Below, piece by piece: positions 18,712 through 27,584 of a DNA stretch of 64,000 bases (the stretch's first letter is position 1; each line of letters begins with the position of its first letter). Source of the DNA: Verrucomicrobiota bacterium (GTDB taxonomy: Bacteria; Verrucomicrobiota; Lentisphaeria; Lentisphaerales; Lentisphaeraceae); NCBI GenBank assembly GCA_039798785.1, contig JBDKFG010000003.1, positions 32,001 to 96,000 of the forward strand, given 5' to 3'. Under the pieces are notes generated by a model, which saw only the letters and a list, made by a program, of their open reading frames with translations, was not told the origin of the DNA and made no database searches. The translations under genes and the position numbers were made by a program.

Positions 18712-20002
18712 GACCAAGAATCCGGGCGACTTTGGCGGCGTCGAAGGGGGCAATGTAGTGGGGCCATAATTCATTTTTTACGTGATTTTCAGCAGCAATA
18801 TTCTCGCGCAATTTTTTCGATGTATGAGCTACGGGGCAATTTGCTTCAGTGCCATTGAAAGGCGGGAACAAGGGTGCAGAGTCATAGCCAACACCATTTA
18901 CAAGTGGTTCATATGCATAATAAGGGCACCCCATGGCCATGGAATCAAAAAGTACAGTGCTTGTTGGGCCAATAACATAAGCTGCTTTTCCTAGAGATTC
19001 ATTTAACGGCAAATTGTCCCATTCAAAAAAATCAGTTCCAAGATGTCGACGGTACCATTCCAGAGACTCTGAAGGATGGGGGCGCGCACGGCACCTAGAG
19101 ACACCTAGCAAAAGTAAAACCTCCCTAACTTCATCCAAATACATTAAACTAAAGGCTCGATCACCAGTTCTAACCCCTGGAGAATCTGGCACCCCCGCCA
19201 TGGCTTTACATAGGACCAAAGGCATTGCGCCATTATCATGAGTTACTTGAATGCCTGCTGCTTGTTTGTAACGAGCACTTCCGACAACATAAATTTTATC
19301 TCCCGGCACACCTGCTGATGTGTAGTTTTCTTTTATCTTATCACCCCAGACAAGTAAAATATCGGCAAGATTGTCATCAATATGGTTGTAGCGACCAGGG
19401 AAGCCATGGATAAACACGGCGGAACAAATACCGGCACGGCGAGCAGCTGTCACCAATGTAGACTCAAAAAACGTAGTGTCATTTGGAACGACTACCACTT
19501 GAACTTGATGTTCGATTAAAAGACATTTCAGTCGATCAACAAATTGATCAACTCTGGACATAAATTCAAATTGAATGAGATCATTAAAATCAAGATCTAC
19601 TACTGCAAATCGAAGCCATCGCATTTCAGACACAAGTTCTCTATCCCACAAAAAAGGTCCTTGATCTGAGATATCCCAAGGCGGCCGACAAACATTCCAC
19701 CCCAGCAATGAAATTTCTTGATTAAAATTAAAGTAGGCCGAGGAAACCACATCTATACGGGATTTTTTTTTGCATGTAGTTCCATTAAGTGATCGCCTAA
19801 TATCTCCCAAAAAATGACGCGCCTTCTTTAAATTTCGAGACATCATTGAATCTCTAACAATTTGACGTGAAAAGTGATCCCCAAAATAATAAAGACGCCT
19901 ATCCATTTCATCTCGAATACAACGCATAATTTCTGGGGGTGTCTGGGACTGCCTTAGCTTCCTAAGGGTAAATGAATCAAGTCCTTCAAATGGGTCTTTC
20001 AT
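18689..20002 (-). CDS. AT-rich surface-carbohydrate biosynthesis protein, GT-B-like candidate nonulosonic-acid transferase
   Basis: VVVPND, FIHG, ADILLVWG, VVGSARY, RPHPSE (HP motif), STVLFDSM; located directly downstream of pseI. Confidence 0.6.
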   Translation of the reverse strand: MKDPFEGLDSFTLRKLRQSQTPPEIMRCIRDEMDRRLYYFGDHFSRQIVRDSMMSRNLKKARHFLGDIRRSLNGTTCKKKSRIDVVSSAYFNFNQEISLLGWNVCRPPWDISDQGPFLWDRELVSEMRWLRFAVVDLDFNDLIQFEFMSRVDQFVDRLKCLLIEHQVQVVVVPNDTTFFESTLVTAARRAGICSAVFIHGFPGRYNHIDDNLADILLVWGDKIKENYTSAGVPGDKIYVVGSARYKQAAGIQVTHDNGAMPLVLCKAMAGVPDSPGVRTGDRAFSLMYLDEVREVLLLLGVSRCRARPHPSESLEWYRRHLGTDFFEWDNLPLNESLGKAAYVIGPTSTVLFDSMAMGCPYYAYEPLVNGVGYDSAPLFPPFNGTEANCPVAHTSKKLRENIAAENHVKNELWPHYIAPFDAAKVARILGLKAPGSS

Positions 20003-20095
20003 TAAATGACAGCCTTCAATCAGTTTAAATGCGAAAAGATTTTCCTAACAATTCTTGAGACCAATTTTTGGCCATAATGTGCACGTGACCTAAGC

Positions 20096-21157
20096 TTATC
20101 TGTCATCAAGCTGCTCCCAATTGAGAGCCGTGCCTGAGGCGAGATTGCGGTTGACAGCTTTCCCAAGAATCGCATCGTAGTATTTCGGTGGCAGGCCGAA
20201 CCCGGGTCGAATGGATCGAACATTCTCAGTAGTGATTAGGTCTCCAGCTTTGATGTCCTTGATCACATACAATGATCGACGGAACTTAATATTAGCAGCC
20301 TCCGAGCCCTTGAGGTGGTAGGAAGCGCTGCCGAGGGCAGACCAGGCCGTCTTGGCGTCGCGGCAGAGGGCGGCCAGCTCGGCAGGTTCGAGAGAGAAGG
20401 AGTCGTCGGGACCGCCACCCTTGCGGTCCAAGGTGACGTGTTTTTCGATGACGCAGGCGCCGAGGGCGACGGCGGCGAGAGAGGTAGCGTTGTCGATGGT
20501 GTGGTCGGAGAGGCCGGCAAGCACCCCGAAGCGGCAGGCGATGTCGGGAATAGTGCGCAGGTTGTAGTCGGCGGCGGGGGCGGGGTAGCCGCTGACGCAG
20601 TGAAGGACGACGAGTTCCTGGCATCCGTTCTGGCGGGCGCAAGCGACCGCCTCGGCGATTTCGCGTTCATTGGCGAGACCGGTGGAGATGATCATAGGCT
20701 TGCCAGTCTGAGCAACGCGACGGATCAGCGGCAGGTCGATAAGCTCGAATGAGGCGATCTTGTAGGCCGGTGCGCCGAGTGATTCAAGGAGATCAACGGC
20801 GGTAAAATCGAAGGGGGTGGAGAAGATGGTGATGCCCAACTCCTTGGCTCGGGCGAAGAGTGGCTCATGCCACTCCCAGGGCATGTAGGCCTTGGAGTAG
20901 AGCTGGTGCAGCGTCTGGCCGTCCCAGAGTCCGCCGGTATCGATCTGGAAATCAGGACCGTCAGCATCGATGGTCATGGTGTCTGCAGAATAGGTCTGCA
21001 ATTTAATCGCATCGGCCCCTGCCTTCTGAGCCATCTCAAGGATGGCAAGGGCGCGATCAAGAGATCCGTTGTGGTTGGCGGAAATTTCGGCGATGATGTA
21101 GGGAGGGTGCTGCGGACTGATGGTGCGGCCAGAAATCGAGATGGCGTGAAGGCTCAT
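20096..21157 (-). CDS. pseI: pseudaminic acid synthase
   Basis: IIAEISANHNG, KIASFE, LHCVSGYP, GLSDHT, IEKHVTLDR..GGPD..FSLEP and C-terminal SAF domain (RRSLY...IRPG.GL.P). Confidence 0.92.
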   Translation of the reverse strand: MSLHAISISGRTISPQHPPYIIAEISANHNGSLDRALAILEMAQKAGADAIKLQTYSADTMTIDADGPDFQIDTGGLWDGQTLHQLYSKAYMPWEWHEPLFARAKELGITIFSTPFDFTAVDLLESLGAPAYKIASFELIDLPLIRRVAQTGKPMIISTGLANEREIAEAVACARQNGCQELVVLHCVSGYPAPAADYNLRTIPDIACRFGVLAGLSDHTIDNATSLAAVALGACVIEKHVTLDRKGGGPDDSFSLEPAELAALCRDAKTAWSALGSASYHLKGSEAANIKFRRSLYVIKDIKAGDLITTENVRSIRPGFGLPPKYYDAILGKAVNRNLASGTALNWEQLDDR

Positions 21158-21174
21158 AGAAGCTTGTCCTTAGG

Positions 21175-21843
21175 TTATGAAATCGCCCGGATTAATTGAA
21201 AGGCTTCGGCGTAGTGTATGCCATGTTGATGGCCTCGCCAGGTGGCAAGGGCATGCACGGCTTCATGGGAGCGAGCGTGGGGCGACGGTCGCATTTCGGC
21301 ATGGTAGGCGCGCAGCGCTTGCTGCTTACGGTCCAAGGTGGAGCTGATGTCAACGACAAAATTGGGAACGAACGAGGGAAGTATGTCTGCGGCCCAGTGG
21401 GAAGCGGAGGGGACCTCAAAACTCAGGATTTGCTTCACCGACATTCCGGGGAGCGGCCGGCATGCGGTAAGAACCGCTTGGAGGGTGAGCCGATGGTCAA
21501 TATTGAGATCGCCCGCGTGGTGCGTAAAAACCGTATCGAAGGAGCGTTCAAGCAGAAAAGCTTCCACCGACTGCGCCAGAGTAAGCAGCGGGATCGAATC
21601 TAGCTGGTTGTCGGGGTAGTCGAGGAAAGTGGGCTCGCCGGCCCCCAGGATGACAGCGGCTTCCCGGGCAGTCTTCCCTCGGTGCGGCGACACGGAGGAG
21701 CGAGATGTTTCTCCGTCTGCCAGGAACAGGATCGAGATCTGGGCGCCAATGTCGGCAAGGCGGGCGATTGTGCCACCGCAGCCCAGCGCTTCATCATCAG
21801 GATGAGCGGCGATGATAGCGACTGTCTTCATTTCGTTAATCAT
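21175..21843 (-). CDS. PIG-L/LmbE-family de-N-acetylase
   Basis: IAAHPDDEALGCGG, DLNIDH, HPRS-like HARS, AEAF. Confidence 0.9.
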   Translation of the reverse strand: MINEMKTVAIIAAHPDDEALGCGGTIARLADIGAQISILFLADGETSRSSVSPHRGKTAREAAVILGAGEPTFLDYPDNQLDSIPLLTLAQSVEAFLLERSFDTVFTHHAGDLNIDHRLTLQAVLTACRPLPGMSVKQILSFEVPSASHWAADILPSFVPNFVVDISSTLDRKQQALRAYHAEMRPSPHARSHEAVHALATWRGHQHGIHYAEAFQLIRAIS

Positions 21844-22534
21844 GGGAAGTCCCTCCCGGCTTGTTGGCAGGTATGAATCTGACTGTGGCAGTCAAATCGC
21901 CTTTGTCGTAGCAGGCTTTGGAGAATTCCAAGCGCCAGCCCCCAAACTCCAGGAAGGCTTTCGGATAAGAGGGGGCATCCATCATGCGGATGCGATCGTG
22001 AAGTTCTTCGGCAGTGCCGGACTCAGGCAGTCGGCTGTCTTCGGGGCGGCGGCGGGGGAAGGCCGTGATTTCCCCCTCTTGCGCCTGTGGCAACGGCTCG
22101 CGACGGACGATCTCGCCGATCTGGAGCCAGACGAGCTCGGCGGCGCGCCGGAAGATCTCTTCGGCAGAGCCCTCCAGACTCAGATCGCTCTTCAGGTAAA
22201 CCGGCCCGGCGTCGAGGGCGGCGACCATGCGCAGGGCCGAGAGCCTGGTGTCGCGGTGACCTCGGATAATGAGATTCTGAAGAGGGCTGCCGCCTCGTCC
22301 ATAGGGGACATCGGTCATGTGGAAGCAGACGCATTCGGCAAGCGCAAGTATGGCGTCGGGAACCTTCCAGGACCAGTGGGGGAAAAAGAGATAGCGCGGG
22401 CGGGTCTTCTCGAGGAGTTCAGGCGTCAAGTCTTCCGGCCGGGTGATCAGCGTCCACGACCCAGGCAACTGCGGAGAGTGTCTCTTGAACGCCTCAACGT
22501 TCCACTCATGAATGCAGGCGACGATGTAGTTCAT
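21836..22534 (-). CDS. formyltransferase (Met-tRNA formyltransferase-like, probable sugar N-formyltransferase)
   Basis: FFPHWSW, CVCFHMTDVPYGRGGSPLQNLI, LDAGPVY. Confidence 0.85.
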   Translation of the reverse strand: MNYIVACIHEWNVEAFKRHSPQLPGSWTLITRPEDLTPELLEKTRPRYLFFPHWSWKVPDAILALAECVCFHMTDVPYGRGGSPLQNLIIRGHRDTRLSALRMVAALDAGPVYLKSDLSLEGSAEEIFRRAAELVWLQIGEIVRREPLPQAQEGEITAFPRRRPEDSRLPESGTAEELHDRIRMMDAPSYPKAFLEFGGWRLEFSKACYDKGDLTATVRFIPANKPGGTSHD

Positions 22535-24009
22535 GGAATCTGTTCTCCGCCGAGAATGTAGCTGCGGGTTTTCTCGTTGTCAGTTTCCAGGCGGAAGCCG
22601 CAGGCTTCGAAAAGTCGACGGGAGCTCTGGTTCTCATGAAGAACCTGGGCTTCGACGCGAGTGACGACAGCGGCGCGGCGCAGTCTGCTCAGACCGGCCA
22701 GCAGAAGAGGCTGGCCGAGCCCGCGGCCACGGGCGCCGGGAGCGAGGTGGATGTCGGTACACCAGACGCCTTCGCCGAGGCGGTTGAAGCGGATCTGGCC
22801 GAGCTCCCCGCCCTCGAGGTCCGCGGCGATCCAAAGGAAGGAGCTGTCGCCCTGACGGGAAAGCTCGCGGGCGAACCAGGACTGGTGGGATTCCCAGGGT
22901 ATGGGTTCGGGGCTGAAAGACATCTGGCGGATCAGCGGATCGTTGGCCCAACGCCACAGCGTTTCACAGTCGCCGGCCTCGGCGGGACGCAGCCAAAGCG
23001 GGCGCTCGAGCATCCTGGAGGCCAAACGAGAGGCGCCCCAGCCGTCCACTGCCGTCGACGAGGCACTGGAGATGCGGGGGAGCTCGGTACTGTCCGCCAG
23101 CAAGGGATAGAGCAAGGCCGGGAGCTTGAGCTTCAGTTCGTCGCGCTCCAGCACCCAGGCCAGTCCGGCGCTTGCGAGGTTGGCAGCGACGAGCTTCTGG
23201 TTCGATGCGAAGGGAACGAGGACGGAGGGGACTCCGAGGCAGCATCGCTCCCAGGAACTTGAGCCGGGGGCGCCGATGGCGAAGTCGGCCCAGCAGAGAT
23301 GGCTGGCGACCTCATCGACGAAGTCGAAGACTTGCAGGGGGTAGGAGAGCGGCATGTCCTGCGGAAGCCGGCTGGCACCCAGCACGGCGCGCACTTCTAT
23401 GCCGGGAAGCCCGTCCATGGCGAGGAGTGCGTCGAGAAGGAGCTCGGAGCAGTCGCCGCCGCCGAAATTGACGAAGACGCGGCGCAGAGGATGGGGACTG
23501 CGGCGCCTGGGCAAGCTGGAAGGGCGCGCGGCAGCGAATTCAGGGCGCAGCAGAGCCTCGCGGGCGCCGCAAATACTCAGGCAGCCTGGAGGCAGAAAGG
23601 GCGCGTAGGCGGCAGGATCGCGGCCAAGAGTTTGATCGAAAAGGATATCGCAATCATGTTGGCGATCTGCCAAGTCGTCGATGGCGAGGATGCGCCGGGT
23701 GGAGGGACGCATGGATGATTCCCAGGCGGAACCGAGTTCATAATGGTCGACCACCAGCCAGTCGCAGCGCTGCTTCCCCAGGACGCTGCGGCAGGCAGCG
23801 GCCTCAGCTGATTCGTTCGCAGCTTCCGGCAAATTGACGAGGAGGTGGCCCTGCCTCTGAACCCGTGCGGCGAGGTGATCGGGGATGTCGCGGCAGAAGA
23901 AGAGGCACTTCGCGCCCTCGGCGGCCAAGACGTCGGCGAGCGTCAGGCAGCGCATCAAATGCCCGGCGCCGACGCGCCGACCGGCGTCGCAACGGAAGGC
24001 GACGCGCAT
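22531..24009 (-). CDS. pseG: PseG UDP-diacetamido-trideoxy-altropyranose hydrolase fused to a PseH-like GNAT acetyltransferase
   Basis: RCDAG..VG.GHLMRCLTLA, VVDHY, IDDLADR, WERCCLGVP; C-terminal LWRWAND..IR..SF..EPI..E.H..WF, GRGLG, N..S..LFE..GF. Confidence 0.88.
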   Translation of the reverse strand: MRVAFRCDAGRRVGAGHLMRCLTLADVLAAEGAKCLFFCRDIPDHLAARVQRQGHLLVNLPEAANESAEAAACRSVLGKQRCDWLVVDHYELGSAWESSMRPSTRRILAIDDLADRQHDCDILFDQTLGRDPAAYAPFLPPGCLSICGAREALLRPEFAAARPSSLPRRRSPHPLRRVFVNFGGGDCSELLLDALLAMDGLPGIEVRAVLGASRLPQDMPLSYPLQVFDFVDEVASHLCWADFAIGAPGSSSWERCCLGVPSVLVPFASNQKLVAANLASAGLAWVLERDELKLKLPALLYPLLADSTELPRISSASSTAVDGWGASRLASRMLERPLWLRPAEAGDCETLWRWANDPLIRQMSFSPEPIPWESHQSWFARELSRQGDSSFLWIAADLEGGELGQIRFNRLGEGVWCTDIHLAPGARGRGLGQPLLLAGLSRLRRAAVVTRVEAQVLHENQSSRRLFEACGFRLETDNEKTRSYILGGEQIP

Positions 24010-24011
24010 GG

Positions 24012-25304
24012 TCAGCGCACTTTGAAGATGGGTTGAATGGGGGCGCAGCCGAGCAGTAAAGGGAGCTCGCCGCGGGAAAGGGCGGCGGCCATCTCTTCGA
24101 AGACCTGATTGTAGGCGGCGGCGATCTTTGCGACCTCGGCGTCACCCAGGGCGTAGGAGACGTTATGCGAGGAGTTGATCATAATGCCCTTGGCGAGCAT
24201 GCGACGGATGAAAAAGGTCTTGAGCTCGGCGGCGCTGGCGCCGGGGGCGTCCTTCCAGACAATCAGCTGCCAGGGCGGCAGACCGGTGAGGGAGTAGCAG
24301 TGCTCCAGACCGTGGCGACGGGCGGCTTCGAGGGCGATGCCGGCGACTTCGCGCCCGCGGCTCCACAGGGTGTCCACCACTGGCTCACGCTTGACTTTGA
24401 GCAGGACCGCCTTGGCGGCGGCGAGAGAGAGGGCTTCACCACCGGCGGTGCCGGAGAAGAAGATATCATCCATCTTCGCCATGACGTCGGCGCGACCGAC
24501 GACGGCGGAGATGGGCATGCCGTTGCCGAGAGCCTTGCCGAAGGCGGCGAGGTCGGGGGTGACGCCGAAGAGCTCCTGGGCGCCCCCATTGGCGAAGCGG
24601 AAGCCGGCGATGACCTCGTCGAAGATGAGGAGGGCGCCATGGCGGGCGCAGAGTTCCTTGACCTTGTGGAGGAAGCCATCCTTGGGCTTGGCGGCGTTGG
24701 CTGGTTCCATGATGACGGCGGCAAATTCACCCGGATGTTGATGGAAGAGGGCGTCGAGCGAGTCGAGGTCGTTGTAGACGAAGGAATGAGTCAGGGCGCA
24801 GACGGCATCCGGCACACCGAGTTTTCGGGTGGTGGAGCCGATGTACCAGTCCTGCCAGCCGTGGTAGCCGCAGACGGCGACGCGGTCCCGGTGGGTGAAG
24901 GCTCGGGCCAGGCGGATGGCGGCGGAGGTGGCGTCGGAGCCGTTCTTCCCGAACCGCACTTTTTCGGCGCAGGGAATGATGTCGATGAGCAGCTCGGCGA
25001 CTTCCGCCTCGAGGGTGGAGGGCATCGAGAAGATGATTCCCTTGGCGAGCTGGTCGCGGATGGCGGCGTCGACATCGGGATCGCAGTAACCGAAGAGGAT
25101 GGGCAGCAGGCTGGAGACCAGGTCGACGTATTCGTTGCCGTCGATGTCCCAGAGGCGGGCGCCGGCGCCGCGCTCCATGAAGAGGGGGGCATGGCCCTTG
25201 GGGTACTGGAGGTGCGATTTCGAGAAGGTCTGCGAGGCCAGGGGAATGGACTGGAGGGCTCGCTCGAAGAAGGCGTTGGACTTGGCGTAGCGGGGGTCGG
25301 ACAT
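24012..25304 (-). CDS. class III PLP aminotransferase (glutamate-1-semialdehyde aminomutase-like)
   Basis: WDIDGNEYVD, RFGKNGSDA, YHGW, FDEVIAGFR, FGKALGNG. Confidence 0.9.
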   Translation of the reverse strand: MSDPRYAKSNAFFERALQSIPLASQTFSKSHLQYPKGHAPLFMERGAGARLWDIDGNEYVDLVSSLLPILFGYCDPDVDAAIRDQLAKGIIFSMPSTLEAEVAELLIDIIPCAEKVRFGKNGSDATSAAIRLARAFTHRDRVAVCGYHGWQDWYIGSTTRKLGVPDAVCALTHSFVYNDLDSLDALFHQHPGEFAAVIMEPANAAKPKDGFLHKVKELCARHGALLIFDEVIAGFRFANGGAQELFGVTPDLAAFGKALGNGMPISAVVGRADVMAKMDDIFFSGTAGGEALSLAAAKAVLLKVKREPVVDTLWSRGREVAGIALEAARRHGLEHCYSLTGLPPWQLIVWKDAPGASAAELKTFFIRRMLAKGIMINSSHNVSYALGDAEVAKIAAAYNQVFEEMAAALSRGELPLLLGCAPIQPIFKVR

Positions 25305-25307
25305 GGA

Positions 25308-26063
25308 TCAACTCCGGATATCTTGCTGCAGCGACTTAAGGTAGCCTTCGTTGCGGAGGATGTTGCCGTTGATCGAGGAGAGGGAGGGCTCTTTTTCCAG
25401 GATCTCGAGAATGTCCGCCATGCCGAAGCCGGGTTTCTTCGAGAAGAGCCGAGCGTAGATCGTGCGGACGAATTCGAGATCTCGGGGCTCATCGACGGTC
25501 CAGCGCAGGTAGCCGAGGTCGACCTCGTTTTTCAGGCACTCGCGGCGGTAAGAGCTGTTCTGGCGCAGCCAAGGAGTGACATGCTCGCGCTGCGACTTAA
25601 GAGAGGCGGAACCGAGGGCTTCGAGAAGGCAGGAGTAGCGCATGACTTCGCAGTCGAGACCGTCGGGGAAGGTCGCGGTCTCGCAGTTGTTGGTGTAGTC
25701 GGCGCCAGAGTCGAGGTGGAGGCGGAGGGTGGCATCGATGACGGCGGCATCCGCCAAGGGGCAGTCGCCGGTGAGGCGGACGACGTGGGCGGGGGCAAAA
25801 GGGGCGGCGGCGCCGGCGAAGCGGGCGAGGACGTCATCGAGCTCGCCGCGGTGGACCGGAACGCCGTCGGCGGCGACGGTGGCGGCCAGCTCGTCGTCGC
25901 TCGGGTCGTCGCTGGTCGCCAGGACCAGCTTCTCGATCAGGGCGGAACGGCGGAGGCGTTCGATCTGGCGCAAGATCATCGGCCGTCCCTCGATGTCGAG
26001 CAGGACCTTGCGAGGCAGGCGTGAGGAGCTGGATCGTGCCTGGAGGATGGCGAGGATGTTCAT
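25308..26063 (-). CDS. SpsF-type cytidylyltransferase (probable CMP-nonulosonate synthetase, PseF role)
   Basis: LQARSSSSRLPRKVL, VRLTGDCPL, REHVTP, RWTVDEPRD. Confidence 0.85.
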   Translation of the reverse strand: MNILAILQARSSSSRLPRKVLLDIEGRPMILRQIERLRRSALIEKLVLATSDDPSDDELAATVAADGVPVHRGELDDVLARFAGAAAPFAPAHVVRLTGDCPLADAAVIDATLRLHLDSGADYTNNCETATFPDGLDCEVMRYSCLLEALGSASLKSQREHVTPWLRQNSSYRRECLKNEVDLGYLRWTVDEPRDLEFVRTIYARLFSKKPGFGMADILEILEKEPSLSSINGNILRNEGYLKSLQQDIRS

Positions 26064-26941
26064 GTGAGTTTCCAGAGGGCGGGATTGAGAATCGCGGGAT
26101 CGTCCACTGCCCATTCGGCGAAGTCGTCCGGCCCGAGATCGGGAGCGGTTTCCCAAGCGGCGAGGATCTCAGCCAGTTCGCGGCAACTGGTGACGCCGAG
26201 GACGAGGCGGCTGAAGTGTCCGACGCTCTTGCCAAAGGCGAGGCAGAGGGCCAGTGGGCTGCATCCGAGGTTGCCTGCCCAGGCGTGGAACCGCGCATGG
26301 TGATCCTTCCAGGGGGCGAAGTAGGTGGCGAGTTCCGCCGTCGGCATCAGCAACAGGCCCTGGAGGAAGAGCGAGCGGACGTGGATCTCGCAGCCCGCCT
26401 GTTCCAGTCTAGCGACGTGGCCGCTGCGGAGAAGTCGCTGGTCCCAGGCGCTTGCTGGCAACTGGATGACGCGGGCGGCGCCGTGCTCTAGAGCCAGGTC
26501 GATGTCGGCGGCGGTGTAGACCGAGACGCCCCAGCGTCCGGTGGCGCCTCGGGCTTCCGCTTCGTCGAGGGCGGCGCGGATTTGCGGCCACTCGGGGTGG
26601 ACGAGGTCGCCGGGGTGGTGGAGGAGCAGGGTGTCGAGGGATCTGAGGCCGAGGCGCTGCAGCGATCCGTCCAGGCTGGCGCGGATGAAGTCTGCTGCGT
26701 CGCTCGGAGGCAGTCTGGGGATCTTGGAGACGATGCGAAAACGAGAGCCCGCGCCCAGGCCGCCGAGGACTTCCTCGCTCGTGCCATAGGCGGCGGCGCT
26801 ATCGAGAAGGTCGATGCCGCGGGCACTGGCGAGGTCGAGAATGGCTGCGGCCTCTGCGGGAAGGATCTGGCCCGCCCGGTTGGAGACGCCGTAAGGGAGC
26901 CCGAATTGGACGGTCCCGAGGGCGAGCTTACAGGGTCTCAT
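26060..26941 (-). CDS. aldo/keto reductase
   Basis: LALGTVQFGLPYG, LDSAAAYGTSE, SLQRL, LLLH, GVSVY, RSLFLQGLL. Confidence 0.9.
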   Translation of the reverse strand: MRPCKLALGTVQFGLPYGVSNRAGQILPAEAAAILDLASARGIDLLDSAAAYGTSEEVLGGLGAGSRFRIVSKIPRLPPSDAADFIRASLDGSLQRLGLRSLDTLLLHHPGDLVHPEWPQIRAALDEAEARGATGRWGVSVYTAADIDLALEHGAARVIQLPASAWDQRLLRSGHVARLEQAGCEIHVRSLFLQGLLLMPTAELATYFAPWKDHHARFHAWAGNLGCSPLALCLAFGKSVGHFSRLVLGVTSCRELAEILAAWETAPDLGPDDFAEWAVDDPAILNPALWKLT

Positions 26942-27584
26942 AAGCCAGGGAAGACACTTTCTTAAAAAGGTACAGACCGATTGTGTCGTCGGGATCGACG
27001 GGAGTGCGCGAAAGTCCATGGTCGTGCACTGAGAAAGACAAAAGCTGCCATCCTGGATTGGCTTCGAAGAGCTTGCCGTAGTCGCATTTGTAGGAGTAGT
27101 AGCCATCGAAGTGTTTATAGGGCTTCTTATAGGGCTTTTTCGAATAGAAGTCGTAGATGATGAGGAAGCCGCCGTCGCGGAGGCTGCGCTCGTATTCGGC
27201 GCAGATTTTGTAGAGATCCTTGCGGTCGGCCAGGTAGAGACAGAAGCCAGAGATCAAGAGGTCGCAAGAGGCGTCGGCCACGGGGAGCTTGTCGGCCGTT
27301 CCCTGATGGAATTCAACTTCGGGGAAAGTTTGCCTGCCGTGATCGATCGCTTGCCGGGAAGGTTCGAGGCCGACAACCCTGGCTCCTGTGATTTGTCTAA
27401 GATGGTGAAGCCGATAGCCGAAGGAGGAGCCGGTCTCGAGTATGGATTCTGGTCGCAGATCGGTCAGACCGATGAGCTGGACTATGGGATCGGTAGCAGG
27501 ATTCCAAAGCTGCAACTTCTCCAGGTTTCTTGTGAACCAGGAATCGCCTTCGCTGTCGAGGAAAAGTTGTTTCTGGTCGATCAT
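26928..27584 (-). CDS. class I SAM-dependent methyltransferase (pseudaminic acid biosynthesis-associated type)
   Basis: EGDSWFTRN, SILETGSSFG, GLEPS, CDLLISGFCLY; coupled to pseC. Confidence 0.8.
   Translation of the reverse strand: MIDQKQLFLDSEGDSWFTRNLEKLQLWNPATDPIVQLIGLTDLRPESILETGSSFGYRLHHLRQITGARVVGLEPSRQAIDHGRQTFPEVEFHQGTADKLPVADASCDLLISGFCLYLADRKDLYKICAEYERSLRDGGFLIIYDFYSKKPYKKPYKHFDGYYSYKCDYGKLFEANPGWQLLSFSVHDHGLSRTPVDPDDTIGLYLFKKVSSLAYETL

Noticed and set aside
21836..22534. Call as housekeeping fmt
   Set aside because: It is too short, lacks the canonical N-terminal FMGTP motif and sits in a sugar operon.
24012..25304. Call as hemL (tetrapyrrole synthesis)
   Set aside because: It lies inside the pse operon between spsF-like and pseG genes, with no hem context.
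24165..26024. 619-aa plus-strand ORF, and similar long ORFs at 37657-39474, 53250-54983, 55660-57720 and 58717-60216
   Set aside because: These are antisense shadows of well-supported genes, expected in GC-rich DNA with strong codon bias. They show no motifs of their own.
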